The position numbers and the translations under genes were made by a program. From an uncultured Chloroflexia bacterium (GTDB lineage Bacteria; Chloroflexota; Limnocylindria; Limnocylindrales; CSP1-4), in NCBI GenBank assembly GCA_963715295.1, contig CAVQRP010000001.1, forward strand, positions 398,969 through 462,968: DNA of 64,000 nt. Direction: 5' to 3'. Under the pieces are notes generated by a model. That model was not told the origin of the DNA. It saw only the letters and a program-made list of their open reading frames with translations, and made no database searches. Positions 1-14,571 of the stretch are shown in pieces. Positions within the stretch are counted from its first letter, which is position 1. Each line of letters begins with the position of its first letter.

Positions 1-1030
1 TCAGCAGGCCGACGATGCCGGCCTCGACGATGCCGAGGCCGGCCGGCGTGAAGGGAACCGCGGTCAGCAACGAGGCGACGAGGGCCACGAAGAAAGCCCC
101 GCTGATGCCCAGCGAGATGTCGAAGCCGAGCGAGTCCACCACGAATAGCAGCCGCAGCGCCTCGGTGGTCCAGATGAGCACGGTAAGGACGGCGACCACG
201 GGGAGTGTACGGCGGTCGGCCGAGAAGACGCCCTCCTCGAAGCGCTCGTACAGCTCCTTGGCTCGATGTGGCAGCGGCAGCCGCTCGACGAGACGCTGGC
301 CGAAGTTGCGCAGGCTGAAGAGCGCGATCGCCAGCACCACGACCACCACGATGCCCACGAACATGATGGTGCGCACGGTGTCATCGAGCCCGTCGCGGAA
401 CGACCAAAAGGCGGCGCCGAGGCCAAGGATGACGATGGCGAAGATGTCGAAGATGCGCTCGATGAAGATGGTCCCGAACGTCGCCGACAGCGACACCGGG
501 TAGTTGATCTTCAGCAGCCAGGCACGATAGACCTCACCCAGCTTGGCAGGGACGACGCTGTTGACCAGCCAGCTGACGAAGATGATCTCCGTGGAGTCGC
601 GGACACTGACCTTGGCACCGATACCCCGCAGCAGGATCGACCAGCGGTAGCCACGCAACGGGAAGCCGAGGTAGTAGATCACGAAGGCCGCCAGCAGCCA
701 GGCTGGATCGGCGGCCAGGACGTACCCGACGAGGGTGTCGAGCTCGAACCCTGGAAGAGCGATAAGGAACAGTGCCAGAACGATGATGGGTACGAAGATC
801 GACGCCTGGGTACGCCGGTCGCGTAGTCGCTCCGTGATGGGAACGGCACCCTGGGAGAGGTCGTCCTGGACCAGCGGGTCTTCCTTGACCGCGTCACCGA
901 CGTCGGGCGTGGCATCGAACGCCAACACGAAGGGCTCGGTCCGTTCACGCACCTCCGGCTGCTCGCCTTCGCCGGGCTGGGGTGGCTGCTCGCTCATGCC
1001 GTCGCCGGGCTGGGGTGGCTGCTCGCTCAT
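1..1030 (-). CDS. Multi-pass membrane protein, lysylphosphatidylglycerol-synthase TM-region-like (UPF0104/PF03706-like); C-terminus lies beyond the window start
   Basis: Absent from the ORF track because there is no stop in the window. Minus-strand translation from the ATG at 1030..1028 gives MSEQPPQPGDGMSEQPPQPGEGEQPEV...FPLRGYRWSILLRGIGAKVSVRDSTEIIFVSWLVNSVVPAKLGEVYRAWLL...TIFIERIFDIFAIVILG. It is multi-TM and has the P-x-K-x-GE..R and ER..D motifs typical of this family. Its ATG overlaps the stop of the upstream PHP gene (ATGA). Confidence 0.55.
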   Translation of the reverse strand, partial: MSEQPPQPGDGMSEQPPQPGEGEQPEVRERTEPFVLAFDATPDVGDAVKEDPLVQDDLSQGAVPITERLRDRRTQASIFVPIIVLALFLIALPGFELDTLVGYVLAADPAWLLAAFVIYYLGFPLRGYRWSILLRGIGAKVSVRDSTEIIFVSWLVNSVVPAKLGEVYRAWLLKINYPVSLSATFGTIFIERIFDIFAIVILGLGAAFWSFRDGLDDTVRTIMFVGIVVVVVLAIALFSLRNFGQRLVERLPLPHRAKELYERFEEGVFSADRRTLPVVAVLTVLIWTTEALRLLFVVDSLGFDISLGISGAFFVALVASLLTAVPFTPAGLGIVEAGIVGLL

Positions 1031-1773
1031 GACGCGCGCGGCCCGGTGGCCGAAGGGCTGATACGGGCGTTGCCGCGCGCCCGGTTGACGAGCTTGGCGA
1101 CGGGCGTCCACAGGCGCACGTAGTAGGAAGCGCGGCCGGTCAGCAGCTCTGCCGCCGGCAACAGGGCGCGCAGCTCCTGGGCGGTGCGGAACGTCCCGGG
1201 CAGCACGGTAGACGCGATGCCCAGTTCGGTGATGCTGTGCGCGTCCGACGAGGCGACGCCGGGAAGGCCGTGGCGGTGGGCGAAGGCGGCCGCCAGCGGG
1301 TTGGCGTCGCGATAGGCGCGCGCGTTATGGATCTCCACGTAGTCAACGATAGTGGCCAGCGTCTCCAGCTTCTGCTCGGCCTCGCCAGCCTGGCTGCCAC
1401 CAGAGCTACGAAAGCTGTCGAATGGATGGGGCAGACCCACCAGACCACCCTGTTCGTGGATGGCTGCAGCGGTGTCGGCTGCGGAGAGCCCAGGCGGCAC
1501 GGGCCCTTCCAGGAAGAGCCCCAGGAGGTCACCGTCAGCGGTGCGGATCTCCTCCCCCACGATGACCTGCAGTGCGGGCGGCGCGAGGTCGCGGGCACGC
1601 TGTGCGCCATCGATACGCTCGTGATCGGTGATGGCCAGGTGCGTCAGACCTACGCGCAGGGCCTTGTCGATCATCTTGCGCGGATCCGACAGCGAGTCGA
1701 AGGAGGCCGAGCTGTGCGCATGCAGGTCCACGAACGAACGCGTACCCGTGAGTGTGACAGGCTCGGAGACCAC
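1027..1773 (-). CDS. PHP-domain metal-dependent phosphoesterase
   Basis: Intact 248-aa ORF. It carries the N-terminal FVDLHAHSSASFDS and ITDHERIDG motifs and the C-terminal SSDAHS motif characteristic of the PHP (polymerase/histidinol phosphatase) fold. Confidence 0.7.
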   Translation of the reverse strand: MVSEPVTLTGTRSFVDLHAHSSASFDSLSDPRKMIDKALRVGLTHLAITDHERIDGAQRARDLAPPALQVIVGEEIRTADGDLLGLFLEGPVPPGLSAADTAAAIHEQGGLVGLPHPFDSFRSSGGSQAGEAEQKLETLATIVDYVEIHNARAYRDANPLAAAFAHRHGLPGVASSDAHSITELGIASTVLPGTFRTAQELRALLPAAELLTGRASYYVRLWTPVAKLVNRARGNARISPSATGPRAS

Positions 1774-1775
1774 GC

Positions 1776-2765
1776 CTAGACCTTCTGCACGAGCGATGCC
1801 TTGAAGAAGTCGAAGTGCTCCATGGCCAGGCCCGTTCCCAGGGCTACGCAGTTGAGGGCGTTCTCGGCGACATGGCAGGGCACGCCAGTGACCTGGGTCA
1901 GCAGCCGGTCCATGTTGCGCAGCAGCGAGCCGCCGCCGGTCATGACCATGCCCTTGTCGATGATGTCGCTGGCCAGCTCGGGGGGCGTCTCCTCCAGCAC
2001 CGCTCGCACCGCGGTGACCACCTGCTGCAGCGGCTTCTCCATGGCCTCCATGACCTCCGAGCTGGTCAGGGGGATGGTCCGGGGCAGGCCGGCGACGAGG
2101 TCACGACCACGCACGTCCAGCGTCAGCTCTCGCTCCAGCGGCAGGGCGGTGCCGATGGCGATCTTCACTTCCTCGGCGGTGCGCTCGCCGATCATGAGGT
2201 TGTACTTGCGACGGATGTAGTTGGCGATGGCCTCGTCGAAGCGGTTGCCGCCGACACGCAGCGAGCGGCTGACCACGATGCCACCGAGCGCCACCACTGC
2301 GATCTCGCTGGTGCCGCCACCGATATCGATGATCATGTTCCCGGAGGCGCCGGAGATGGGCACATTGGCGCCGATCGCTGCGGCCAGGGGCTCCTCGATG
2401 AGATAGGCCTCACGAGCGCCCGCCTTGAGCGCCGCGTCTCGCACGGCTCTCTTCTCCACGCTGGTGACACCCGAGGGCACGCACACCATCACCTCCGGCT
2501 TGGTGAAGGTGCGGCCGGCCTTGCGGATGAAGTAGCGCAGCATGGCCTCGGTGATGACGTAGTCGGCGATGACCCCGTCCTTCATGGGGCGGATGGCGGA
2601 GATGTTGTCCGGCGTGCGGCCGATCATCTCGCGCGCTTCCTCGCCCACGGCGACGATGTGGTGGCTCTCGCTGACGGCCACGACGGAGGGCTCGCGGATG
2701 ACGATGCCCTTGCCCGTGACGTAGACGAGCACGTTGGCCGTGCCGAGGTCGATACCGATCTTCAT
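1776..2765 (-). CDS. mreB: Rod-shape-determining actin homologue MreB
   Basis: The ORF 1776..2993 contains [16 protein letters not shown]...[16 protein letters not shown]...[12 protein letters not shown]. The conserved start MKIGIDLG maps to the ATG at 2765, 10 nt downstream of the murA stop. Confidence 0.9.
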   Translation of the reverse strand: MKIGIDLGTANVLVYVTGKGIVIREPSVVAVSESHHIVAVGEEAREMIGRTPDNISAIRPMKDGVIADYVITEAMLRYFIRKAGRTFTKPEVMVCVPSGVTSVEKRAVRDAALKAGAREAYLIEEPLAAAIGANVPISGASGNMIIDIGGGTSEIAVVALGGIVVSRSLRVGGNRFDEAIANYIRRKYNLMIGERTAEEVKIAIGTALPLERELTLDVRGRDLVAGLPRTIPLTSSEVMEAMEKPLQQVVTAVRAVLEETPPELASDIIDKGMVMTGGGSLLRNMDRLLTQVTGVPCHVAENALNCVALGTGLAMEHFDFFKASLVQKV

Positions 2766-2775
2766 GTCGCGGCGA

Positions 2776-4098
2776 CTATCGCTCTGGATCCGGTTCGATA
2801 CGCGCGCCCAGGTCAAGCAGCTTGCCTTCGATGCCCTCGTACCCGCGACGCACGTGGTGCACTCCACGGATGGTGGACTGGCCTTCGGCGGCGAGGGCGC
2901 CGAGGATGAGCGAGGCGCCCGCGCGGAGGTCGCTGACCTCGACCTCTGCGCCCTGCAGCGGCGCCGGGCCGCAGATGACGGCGTGGTGAGCATCCTTGAT
3001 CTGGGCCTGCGCGCCCATCAGGCCCAGGTCGGTGAGCCACTCGAGCCGATCCTCGTAGATGGTCTCATGGACGGTGCTGCAACCACGCGCCTGGGTGAGG
3101 AGAACGCCGGTCGGCGGCTGCAGGTCGGTCGCCAGGCCGGGGTAGGCAGCCGTGGTGATGTCGGTGGCGATGTAGCTGCCAGGCTGGCGACCACGCACGG
3201 TGATGCGATCGCCGTCGCCGCTGACATCGACGCCGATCCGTTCGACCACGTCGAGGAACGCCCCCAGGTGCGCCGAGGGTGCGCCGCGCAGCGTGACCTC
3301 GCCGCCGGTGACGGCGGCAGCGATAGCGAACGTGCCCGCCTCGATGCGATCGGCGATGACGTGGTGCGTGGCACCGCGCAGGCGACGACGGCCCTCGACC
3401 TCGATGACGTCCGGCGCGGTGCGTTCGACCTCGGCACCCATGTCCTGCAGGAAGCCGATGAGGTCATCGATCTCCGGCTCACGAGCCGCCGGCCGGATGG
3501 TGGTGTGGCCGTCGGCAAGAGTGGCGGCGAGGATGGTGTTCTCCGTGCCCATCACGGTGACGTGTGGAAAGACGACATCTCCACCACGCAGACGACCGGG
3601 CGCCTCGGCGAAGTAGTAGCCGTTGCGGTAGTCGATGCGGGCACCGAGCGCCTGCATGGCCTCGACGTGCAGGTCGACCGGGCGCCGTCCGATGCGATCG
3701 CCGCCGGGGTTGCTGATGATGACGCGACCGAAGCGCGCCAGCAACGGGCCCAGCAGGATGAAGCTGGCACGCATCCGCGCAGCCGCCTCCAGGGGCACGA
3801 AGAGCCAGTCGACATCGCCGGCCGAGACCTCGTAGGTGTTGGGCTCGGGGTGGTCGACCACGACGCCGAGGTCGCTCAGGACCTCGGCCATCAGGGTGAC
3901 GTCGGCGATCTCGGGCACGTTGGTGAAACGGCAGCGCTCGCCGGTCAGCGTGGCTGCCGCCAGCAGCTTCAGGGCCGCGTTCTTGGAACCGCTGATGGGC
4001 ACCTCGCCGGACAGCGGCACGCCGCCATCGATGCGGATGGTCTCCTGCGGCACCGGTGGCGCCTGGTACTCCCAGTGGAAGGGCCGGGTCTCTGCCAT
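2776..4098 (-). CDS. murA: UDP-N-acetylglucosamine 1-carboxyvinyltransferase
   Basis: Intact 440-aa ORF with [31 protein letters not shown] and TDLQPP motifs. The active-site position is Asp, not Cys (see findings). Confidence 0.95.
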   Translation of the reverse strand: MAETRPFHWEYQAPPVPQETIRIDGGVPLSGEVPISGSKNAALKLLAAATLTGERCRFTNVPEIADVTLMAEVLSDLGVVVDHPEPNTYEVSAGDVDWLFVPLEAAARMRASFILLGPLLARFGRVIISNPGGDRIGRRPVDLHVEAMQALGARIDYRNGYYFAEAPGRLRGGDVVFPHVTVMGTENTILAATLADGHTTIRPAAREPEIDDLIGFLQDMGAEVERTAPDVIEVEGRRRLRGATHHVIADRIEAGTFAIAAAVTGGEVTLRGAPSAHLGAFLDVVERIGVDVSGDGDRITVRGRQPGSYIATDITTAAYPGLATDLQPPTGVLLTQARGCSTVHETIYEDRLEWLTDLGLMGAQAQIKDAHHAVICGPAPLQGAEVEVSDLRAGASLILGALAAEGQSTIRGVHHVRRGYEGIEGKLLDLGARIEPDPER

Positions 4099-4138
4099 GG
4101 CGCTAAGTCTCAGCCATCAGGGCATTCGGCGCTCATCG

Positions 4139-4567
4139 CTATCGGCGCTGACGGGGACCCTCGCGGTGTCGACGCTCAGCGACCCGGATGCGCAGGAGCG
4201 CCCGGTCCATGGCGGCCCGGGCACGTGCCAGATCGGCCGGCTCATCGAAGCCGGCCTGGAGGGCACGCTCGGCCTCGTTGCGGGCCTCCTCGGCCGCTTC
4301 GAGGTCGATCTCCGACGAGAGGTCGGCCAGCTCGGCCATGACGACGACCTTGTCGGGTCGCACCTGCACGAAACCACCGGCGATGGCGAAGAACTCCTCG
4401 TCGGTACCCTTGCGGATACGCAGCTCGCCCACACCCAGCATCGATAGCAGTGGCGCGTGATGGGGCAGTACCCCGAACTCACCCTCGATGCCCGGGCAGA
4501 AGACAGCGTCGACCTCGTCCGAGTACGCCAGGCGCTCGGGTGTGACGATCTCCAGCTGCAACGGCAC
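4139..4567 (-). CDS. atpC: F1 ATP synthase subunit epsilon
   Basis: Intact 142-aa ORF (LQLEIVTPERL...GVLPHHAPLLS...GGFVQV) lying immediately downstream of atpD. Confidence 0.9.
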   Translation of the reverse strand: MPLQLEIVTPERLAYSDEVDAVFCPGIEGEFGVLPHHAPLLSMLGVGELRIRKGTDEEFFAIAGGFVQVRPDKVVVMAELADLSSEIDLEAAEEARNEAERALQAGFDEPADLARARAAMDRALLRIRVAERRHREGPRQRR

Positions 4568-4608
4568 GTTCTAGGCCTCCGAGTTCACGAGAGGGGGTGT
4601 CACGGCGG

Positions 4609-6939
<2,331 letters not shown>

Positions 6940-6991
6940 GAGTGCCTGGCGTCCTCCTGCTGGCGGCGACCGTCATGCGGCCGCCGACGGT

Positions 6992-8528
<1,537 letters not shown>

Positions 8529-8552
8529 GCGTGTTCCTTCTGGGCGGTGGCG

Positions 8553-9095
8553 TCAGATGGCGATGTTCGAGAGATCGGAGCGCAGTCGCTCCAGGCGACC
8601 CCGGACGGAGCCGTCGATGAGTTGGTCGCCGACGCGGACCTGGATGCCACCGAGGAGCTCGGGATCGACCGCCGGCTCAGCTCGACACGCTTGCCGGTCA
8701 GCGCCACGAGTCGCTCCTGGAGCGCCTCGACCTCGGCGTCGTCGAGCGGCGTGGCCGAGGTCACGGTGGCCTCCACGATGCCTTCGCGCAGGCGGTACAG
8801 GCGCGTGAACTCGCGAATGACCGCGGGCAGCAGCTCGAAGCGTCCGCGACGCACCATCAGCGCCAGCAGGTTGCGCGGCGCCCGCGGACCTCGTCGCCGA
8901 CGATGCGTTCCAGGGCCTGCGTGCGCGAGGTGGCGGGGACGGCAGGGTTGGACAGCAGCCGCATCACGTCGAGCCGAGCGAGCCGCTCTCGGCCGTCGCG
9001 AACGCCGCCAGCCAGACCTCCATCGAGTCATCGCGCTCGGCGATCTCGAAGGCAGCCTCGGCGTAGCGGCGGGCCGTGCTGCGGGCTAGCGCCAT
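8553..9095 (-). CDS. atpH: F1 ATP synthase subunit delta (OSCP), frame broken about 3 times
   Basis: [23 protein letters not shown] starts at the ATG at 9095, preceded by GGGGGA. The middle part is [21 protein letters not shown]...[12 protein letters not shown]. The tail is [32 protein letters not shown] with a stop at 8553. The position between atpF and atpA supports the call. Confidence 0.75.
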
Positions 9096-9120
9096 GCGTC
9101 CCCCGTGCTGACGTGGGTCA

Positions 9121-9703
9121 TCAGTTGCGCTCGTCTCCGACGGGGCCTGGACCGAGACCTGGGTCAGGAACTCGTTCACGAGGCGCTTCTCGCGCTCATC
9201 GCTCATGGTCTCGCCGACGACCTTGCCGGCGGCCAGGAGCGCCAGGTCTGCGACCTGGCTGCGGACGTCGGCGAGGGCACGCTTGCGCTCGACGTCGATG
9301 TCGGCGACGGCACGCTCGCGCATGCGGTCGATCTCGGCCTGCGTCTCGGCGACGCCCTTGGCACGCTCTCATCCGCGACCTTCTGGGCGCGCTGCACGAT
9401 CTCGCTGGCCTCGCGGCGAGCCTCGTTGAGGATGCCCTGCCGCTGGTCGGCGGCAGCCTCGCGGTCACGACGGGCAGCGTCAGCGTCCTTGAGGCCCTGC
9501 TCGATGCGCTCGCGGCGCTCGTCGAGCCGCTTGCCCACCGGCATCGAGCACGACGCGGTAGGCGATCAGCGCGAAGATGATGAAGTTGAGCCCGGCGACG
9601 ATGATCCAGAAGAGGTTGATCGTCAGCCCGGCGCCTTCAGCCCTCGGCCGCGAACGCCACGCCGTGCTCGGTCGAGTACGCGCGCGACAGCGAGGACTTC
9701 CAT
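9121..9703 (-). CDS. atpF: F0 ATP synthase subunit b (frame broken several times)
   Basis: The ATG at 9703 is followed by the TM segment LTINLFWIIVAGLNFIIFALIAY and then a charged coiled region, PVGKRLDERRERIEQGLKDADAARRDRE...IDVERKRALADVRSQVADLALLAAGKVV. The TGA at 9121 is reached only in an alternative frame. As written, the frame reads on into atpH. Confidence 0.7.
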
Positions 9704-9724
9704 CGATATCGCCTGTATCGCGTG

Positions 9725-9940
9725 CTAGAGGAGGGCGATGAGGAGGCCGACGACCAGCGCGATGACGCCGAGGCCTTCGGCGAACGCCGCCATGAGGACG
9801 GCCAGTGAGCGGATCTGCTCACCGGCGTCGGGGTTGCGACCGATGGCGCTCGAGGACATGCCGGCGAGGATGCCGATGCCGAGGGCCGGGCCGATGATCG
9901 AAAGGATGGCGATACCGGCGCCGAGCGGTGCCAGGTCCAT
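9725..9940 (-). CDS. atpE: F0 ATP synthase subunit c
   Basis: Intact 71-aa two-helix proteolipid, MDLAPLGAGIAILSIIGPALGIGILAG...AFAEGLGVIALVVGLLIALL, with the conserved carboxylate (E) in helix 2. Confidence 0.9.
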   Translation of the reverse strand: MDLAPLGAGIAILSIIGPALGIGILAGMSSSAIGRNPDAGEQIRSLAVLMAAFAEGLGVIALVVGLLIALL

Positions 9941-10003
9941 GGGTCTGTCTCCTCCTTCGAGATGTTGATCGAGGTCGGATCGGGCGTCCGACGGCTCGCT
10001 GGG

Positions 10004-11065
10004 CTAGTTGCCGGCCGGCGCCGCTGCTGGATGGATGCGTCGCTTCGAGCAGCTCCTCGGCGACGTGGCCTTCCTCGTGGTGATGGCTCTCGATCGGCGA
10101 TCAGCGTGAACATGAGCGTCAGCGTGCTGAAGATGAGGGCCTGCACGAAGGTCAGGATGATCTCCAGGCCGTAGATGGCCACGGGGATGACGGCGATGGC
10201 CAGGCTGGTGATGACCGCCAGCGCGACCTCACCACCGTAGATGTTGCCGAAGAGTCGGATCGACAGCGTGACCGGCTTGATGAACTCGAGGATGAGCTCG
10301 ATGAAGCCCACGAACATGGCGATGAGCCCGGCGCCGACGCCCTTCTTGAACTCGTAGACCGGGAAGAACTTGGACAGGTAGCCGCCGACGCCGAGGCGCC
10401 GGAAGCCCTCGAACTGGAAGAAGCCGAAGGCGACGAGGGCCAGGCCGATGGTCACGTTCAGGTCGCTGGTCGGCGCTCGCAGGCCCTCGACGCAGGCCGA
10501 TGGGCGGCACCAGGCCGCTCCAGTTGAAGGCCAGGATGAGGACGAAGAAGGCAGCGAAGATGGGGATGTAGGGCCGGCCGTGAGCCGCCCATGCCGCGAC
10601 CCCAGCCGGTCAGGGACTCGTAGGCCCACTCCGACGAAGTTCTGGAAGAAGCCCGGGCACGGGCGCCTTGCCCCGGCTGACGCAGGATCATCACCAGCAG
10701 CACGACGGCGGTGACGATGAGCATGGTGAAGAGCGTGTCGGTGAGGCTGATCTCGAAGATGCCGCCGGTCGCTTCCTCGCCGACTCGGCGGCCCAGACCA
10801 CGTGCGGGCTGGGGAAGTGCAGGGTGCCGTCGATGAAGCAGGCCGAGGGGATGCTGCAGGCGTCCTCGGGTGTACCCGGTCGAACGGCGGCACCAGCAGG
10901 AAGGCGAAGATGTCGATGAGGACGACCAGGACGAGGCCGGCGCACGATGAGGCCGACAGGCGCTGCGCTTCTTGCCTGATCCGGTCTGCCGCCGTCTGCG
11001 CTCTGCTGGCCACTGGCTCGCTTGCCACGCTCACTCCGCTTGGACGCGCCCGGGGGCGCGCTCAT
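10004..11065 (-). CDS. atpB: F0 ATP synthase subunit a (heavily frame-broken; both ends approximate)
   Basis: Fragments in all three frames carry subunit-a sequence: FIKPVTLSIRLFGNIYGGEVALAVI (essential Arg motif), LEIILTFVQALIFSTLTLMF, LTDTLFTMLIVTAVVLLV and FFQNFVEWAYESL. The candidate start ATG at 11065 overlaps the upstream gene's stop. The TAG at 10004 is the stop after ...EELLEATHP. Confidence 0.75.
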
Positions 11066-11290
11066 GCGTCCTTCACGTCATTCAGGAACCGATCGACCAG
11101 TCGCCAGTCGGCGACTGCCCCCAGCAACGACACCAAGAAGGAAGCCTGCGACCAGGAGGAAAGGATAGGTACCCAGCTGCTGATCCAGCCATCGACCGGC
11201 GAGTGCGCCGCCGAGCGTGGTCACGAAGAGGATGATCCCGATCTCGGAGAAGAGGGCGAGGTATCCGACTGCCTTCCCGTGACCTTCCTT
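11062..11290 (-). CDS. Small two-TM protein, AtpI/AtpZ-like ATP synthase accessory protein (start not determined)
   Basis: Minus-strand frame GYLALFSEIGIILFVTTLGGALAGRWLDQQLGTYPFLLVAGFLLGVVAG, then (after one frame change) DWRLVDRFLNDVKDA-stop at 11062. It lies directly upstream of atpB. No canonical start codon is visible in frame. Confidence 0.35.
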
Positions 11291-11349
11291 GAGTGCCCGC
11301 CTCGGGCGGCAGAGTATAGCAGCACGGCTCGAGCGCGCCAGCCGGGGAC

Positions 11350-12569
11350 CTAGTGCGGTCCGGTGTCAGCGGGTGGCGCGCGTCGCCCTCGTCGGCGCAG
11401 CCCGTCGATGGCTGGGCTCCACGGACGGGGGTCCAGCAGCGACGGCCATCCGGATAGGAGCTGGCCTCGAGGGCCTCGTCGGGCCCGACGCGGAAGGTCA
11501 CCAGCAGCAGCAGCCACGCCGGAGGCGATGACGACGGCCATGAAGGCATAGAGCGGCCCGGAGCCGCCGGCCAGGACCAGGCTGAGCACCGCGAGCACGA
11601 TGGTGATGGCGTAGATCAGCAGCACCGCACCCTTGTGGGTGAGGCCCAGGTCGAGCAGGCGATGGTGGAAGTGGCCGCGATCGGGCGTGAACGGCGAGTG
11701 GCCGCTGAGCAGGCGGCGCGTGATGATCCAGAAGGTATCGATGATGGGCACGCCGAGGATGAGCAGGGCCACCGCGATCTTGGCCGAGCCCAGGATGGCC
11801 AGCACGGCGAGCAGGTAGCCCATCGACCATCACGCCGGTCGTGCCGATGAAGACCTTGGCCGGATTGAAGTTCCAGGGCAGGTAGCCCAGCAGGGCACCG
11901 GCCAGCAGCGCGCAGAGCAGCGCCACCATCGGCTGGTAGGACGACTCGATAGCCAAGCGAGACGAAGCCCAGCGTGAGCGCCGCGATGAGGGCCACGCCC
12001 GTCGAGAGACCGTCGAGCCCGTCGATGAAGTTGATGCTGTTGATCATGCCCACGATCCAGAGCGCGGTGATCAGGCCGGCGCCGACGCCGGCGAAGGTCG
12101 AGCGTGTCCGCGCCGCAGGAAGCCCAGGAAGTCGAGCGGGTTGTTGATGGCGAGGATGGACAGGCCCAGGCCGATGGCGAAGAGCGCCAGCACCACCTGG
12201 AAGACGAACTGCCAGCGCGCCCGGATCTGCCAGCGGTCGTCGATGAAGCCGAAGACCGCGGCCAGGACGGCGCCGCCGAAGACCGCTATCAGCTCCTCAT
12301 CGTCGAGCATGCGCCAGGAGAAGGGCCGAAAGAACTCGAACTGCTCCTGCAGCAGCAGCGCGACGAGGCCGATCCGACGAAGGCGACCGACGCACCGCCA
12401 GCCCGCCAGCGCGCGGGATGGGGCGAACATGGATGCGGCGGCCCGAGTCGGGCTCGTCGATGGCACCGGTGCGCGTGGCGATGCGCATCGCCAGCGGCGT
12501 CAGCAGGTAGGCGACGACTGCCGCGACGCCTCCCATGGCGAGGATGAACGGCAGCTCGTCGAAGTTCAC
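11350..12569 (-). CDS. wecA: Polyprenyl-phosphate N-acetylhexosamine-1-phosphate transferase (MraY/WecA, GT4 family), frame broken at least 4 times
   Basis: Fragments 12297..12569 (GTG start, MNFDELPFILAMGGVAAVVAYLLTP...RRIHVRPIPRAGGLA), 12071..12466 (FGFIDDRWQIRARWQF), 11616..12053 (MINSINFIDGLDGLSTG), 11498..11956 (NFNPAKVFIGTTG) and 11350..11823 (PFTPDRGHFHHRLLDLGL). The position between glyA and the atp operon matches rfe/wecA in Actinobacteria. The 3' end is uncertain. Confidence 0.75.
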
Positions 12570-12572
12570 GCG

Positions 12573-13854
12573 TCAGTGCAGCCCGGGCACCGGGAAGCGT
12601 GCGCAGATCTCCTTCACCTCGCGACGGATCGTCGGCCAGCGACTGCGGCGTCGTCGCGCTCGCGCAGCGTGCGCACGATGAGCTCACCCACCTGCGCGCA
12701 TCTCTCCGGTGCCGAAGCCGCGCGTGGTGGTCGCCGGCGTGCCCACGCGGATGCCGGAGGCCGTGTTGGGCGGCAGCGGGTCGAAGGGGATGGCGTTCTT
12801 GTTGACGGTGATGCCGACCTCGTCGAGCAGCTGCTCGGCCTCCGTGCCGGTGACGCCGAGCGGCGTCACGTCGACGAGGATGAGGTGGTTGTCGGTGCCG
12901 CCCGAGACGAGCTCGGTGCCGTTGCTACGCAGCGTCTCGGCCAGGACGGCGGCGTTCTCGACGGTGCGGCGCTGGTCCTCGCGGAAGGCCTCGCTGCTGC
13001 GCCTCGAGCAGCGCCACGGCCTTGGCCGCGATGACGTGCATCAGCGGGCCGCCCTGCGTGCCGGGGAAGACGGCGCGGTCGATCGGCCGCGCCAGCTCGG
13101 CCTTGCCGAAGATCATGCCGCCGCGCGGCCCGCGCAGCGTCTTGTGCGTGGTGGTGGTGACGATGTCGGCGTGCGGGAAGGGGCTGGGATGCAGGCCGGC
13201 GGCGACGAGGCCGGCGATGTGGGCCATGTCCACGAAGAGCAGCGCGTCGACGTCGTGGGCGATGGCGGCCATGCGCTCGAAGTCGATGATGCGCGGGTAG
13301 GCGCTGGCACCGGCCACGATCAGCTTGGGCCGGACCTCGCGCGCCTGGCGCTCCAGGGCGTCGTAGTCGATGCGCCCGTCGTCCTCCGAGACGCCGTAGC
13401 GCGTGGACGTCGAAGAAGCGGCCGCTGAAGTTGATGGGGTGGCCGTGGGTCAGGTGGCCGCCGTGGGCCAGGCTCATGCCCAGGATGCGTGTCGCCGTGG
13501 TCGAGCACCGCGAGATAGGCGGCGATGTTGGCCTGGGCGCCCGAGTGCGGCTGCACGTTGACGAACTCGGCCCCGGGGAACAGCGCCAGCGCACGCTCCT
13601 CGGCCAGGCGCTCGACGACATCGACGAACTCGCAGCCGCCGTAGTAGCGCTTGCCCGGCTGGCCCTCGGCGTACTTGTTGGTGAGCCAGGAGCCGTTGGC
13701 CTCGAGCACGGCGCGCGAAGCGTAGTTCTCGCTGGCGATGAGCTCGATCTTCCAGGTCTGGCGGTCGCGCTCGGCGACCATCGCCTGCCCACAGTTCGGG
13801 GTCCACGCTGGCGATGGGGGCGTCGGCCAGCTGGCGGCCAGAGGTAAGGGTCAT
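12573..13854 (-). CDS. glyA: Serine hydroxymethyltransferase (frame broken at least 5 times)
   Basis: Stitched fragments are [107 protein letters not shown] (PLP-lysine motif), [10 protein letters not shown] and the tail [18 protein letters not shown], with a stop at 12573. Confidence 0.9.
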
Positions 13855-13907
13855 CGGTGCTCCGTTGGTCGTTCCCTGCGCGTGGGTCAGTGTACTCGCG
13901 CCGCCGC

Positions 13908-14571
13908 TCAGTCTTGCGCTGCGACCGCGGCGATGATGTCGGCGTCGTCAAGGGCGCCCTCGACGCAGCACGCTCCAGTGCGCCGTCGGCGTCGACGGCC
14001 ACCACCGTCGAGGCGCACGCCGCCACGGACCGGTCCATCGTCGAGCACCAGGGCCAGCGAGTGCCCACCGCTGCGATCAGCTCGTGCGGCCGTGCGGGCC
14101 GGCGCCTCTCCGGAGCGGTTGGCTGAGGTCACCGCGATGGGACCCAGCTGGCGCGCCAGCGCTCGCGGCACGGGATGGTCGGGGATGCGCAGGCCCAGCG
14201 TGTCACGACCACCGGTCACGGCCTCCGGCAGCAGCTCCGGACGCAGCAGCGGCAGCACCAGCGTCAGCGGCCCGGGCCAGAAGCGTTCGGCCAGGCGACG
14301 AGCGGCAGGGCGCAGACCACGACCAGCCCGTCGACCTGGTCGAGCCCGTCGATGAGCAGGGCGATGCCCTTGTCCTCGGGCCGCTGCTTGGCGCCGATGA
14401 CCGCTGCCAGCGCATCGGGCCGCGGCACCACGCCGATGCCGTAGACGGTCTCGGTGGGGATGCCCACGATGCCGCCGGCCTGCATGGCCAGGACGGCGTC
14501 GGCCAGCGCCTCGGGGTCGGTCGCCGGCAGGACGCCGGGCCGCGCTCAGTCAGCTCGGCACGCTCCAGCAT
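13908..14571 (-). CDS. tsaC: L-threonylcarbamoyladenylate synthase, YrdC/TsaC type (frame broken)
   Basis: [12 protein letters not shown]...[22 protein letters not shown]...[17 protein letters not shown]...[11 protein letters not shown]...[33 protein letters not shown]. The position downstream of prmC is conserved. Confidence 0.7.

Noticed and set aside
2734-4341. A 535-aa plus-strand ORF, and many similar long ORFs (for example 1815..2909, 5056..6129, 15738..17282, 17035..18714, 35225..36010, 36020..37123, 40430..41521 minus, 49166..50245 minus, 32475..33572 minus, 54578..56074 minus).
   Set aside because: All lie antisense to, or out of frame with, strongly conserved genes (murA, mreB, atpD, prfA, DUF1385, secA, ftsE, dnaA, prs). 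Their products are Arg/Ala/Gly/Asp-rich low-complexity strings typical of stop-poor off-frames in very GC-rich DNA.
9096-9130. An apparent b-delta fusion of ATP synthase (atpF reads through into atpH in ORF 8964..9323), reminiscent of the mycobacterial b-delta protein.
   Set aside because: An alternative frame gives ...GDERN-TGA at 9121, followed by GGGGGA and the atpH ATG, which is a normal two-gene junction. Both genes contain several other frame errors, so the read-through is probably one more indel. It is worth re-checking after polishing.
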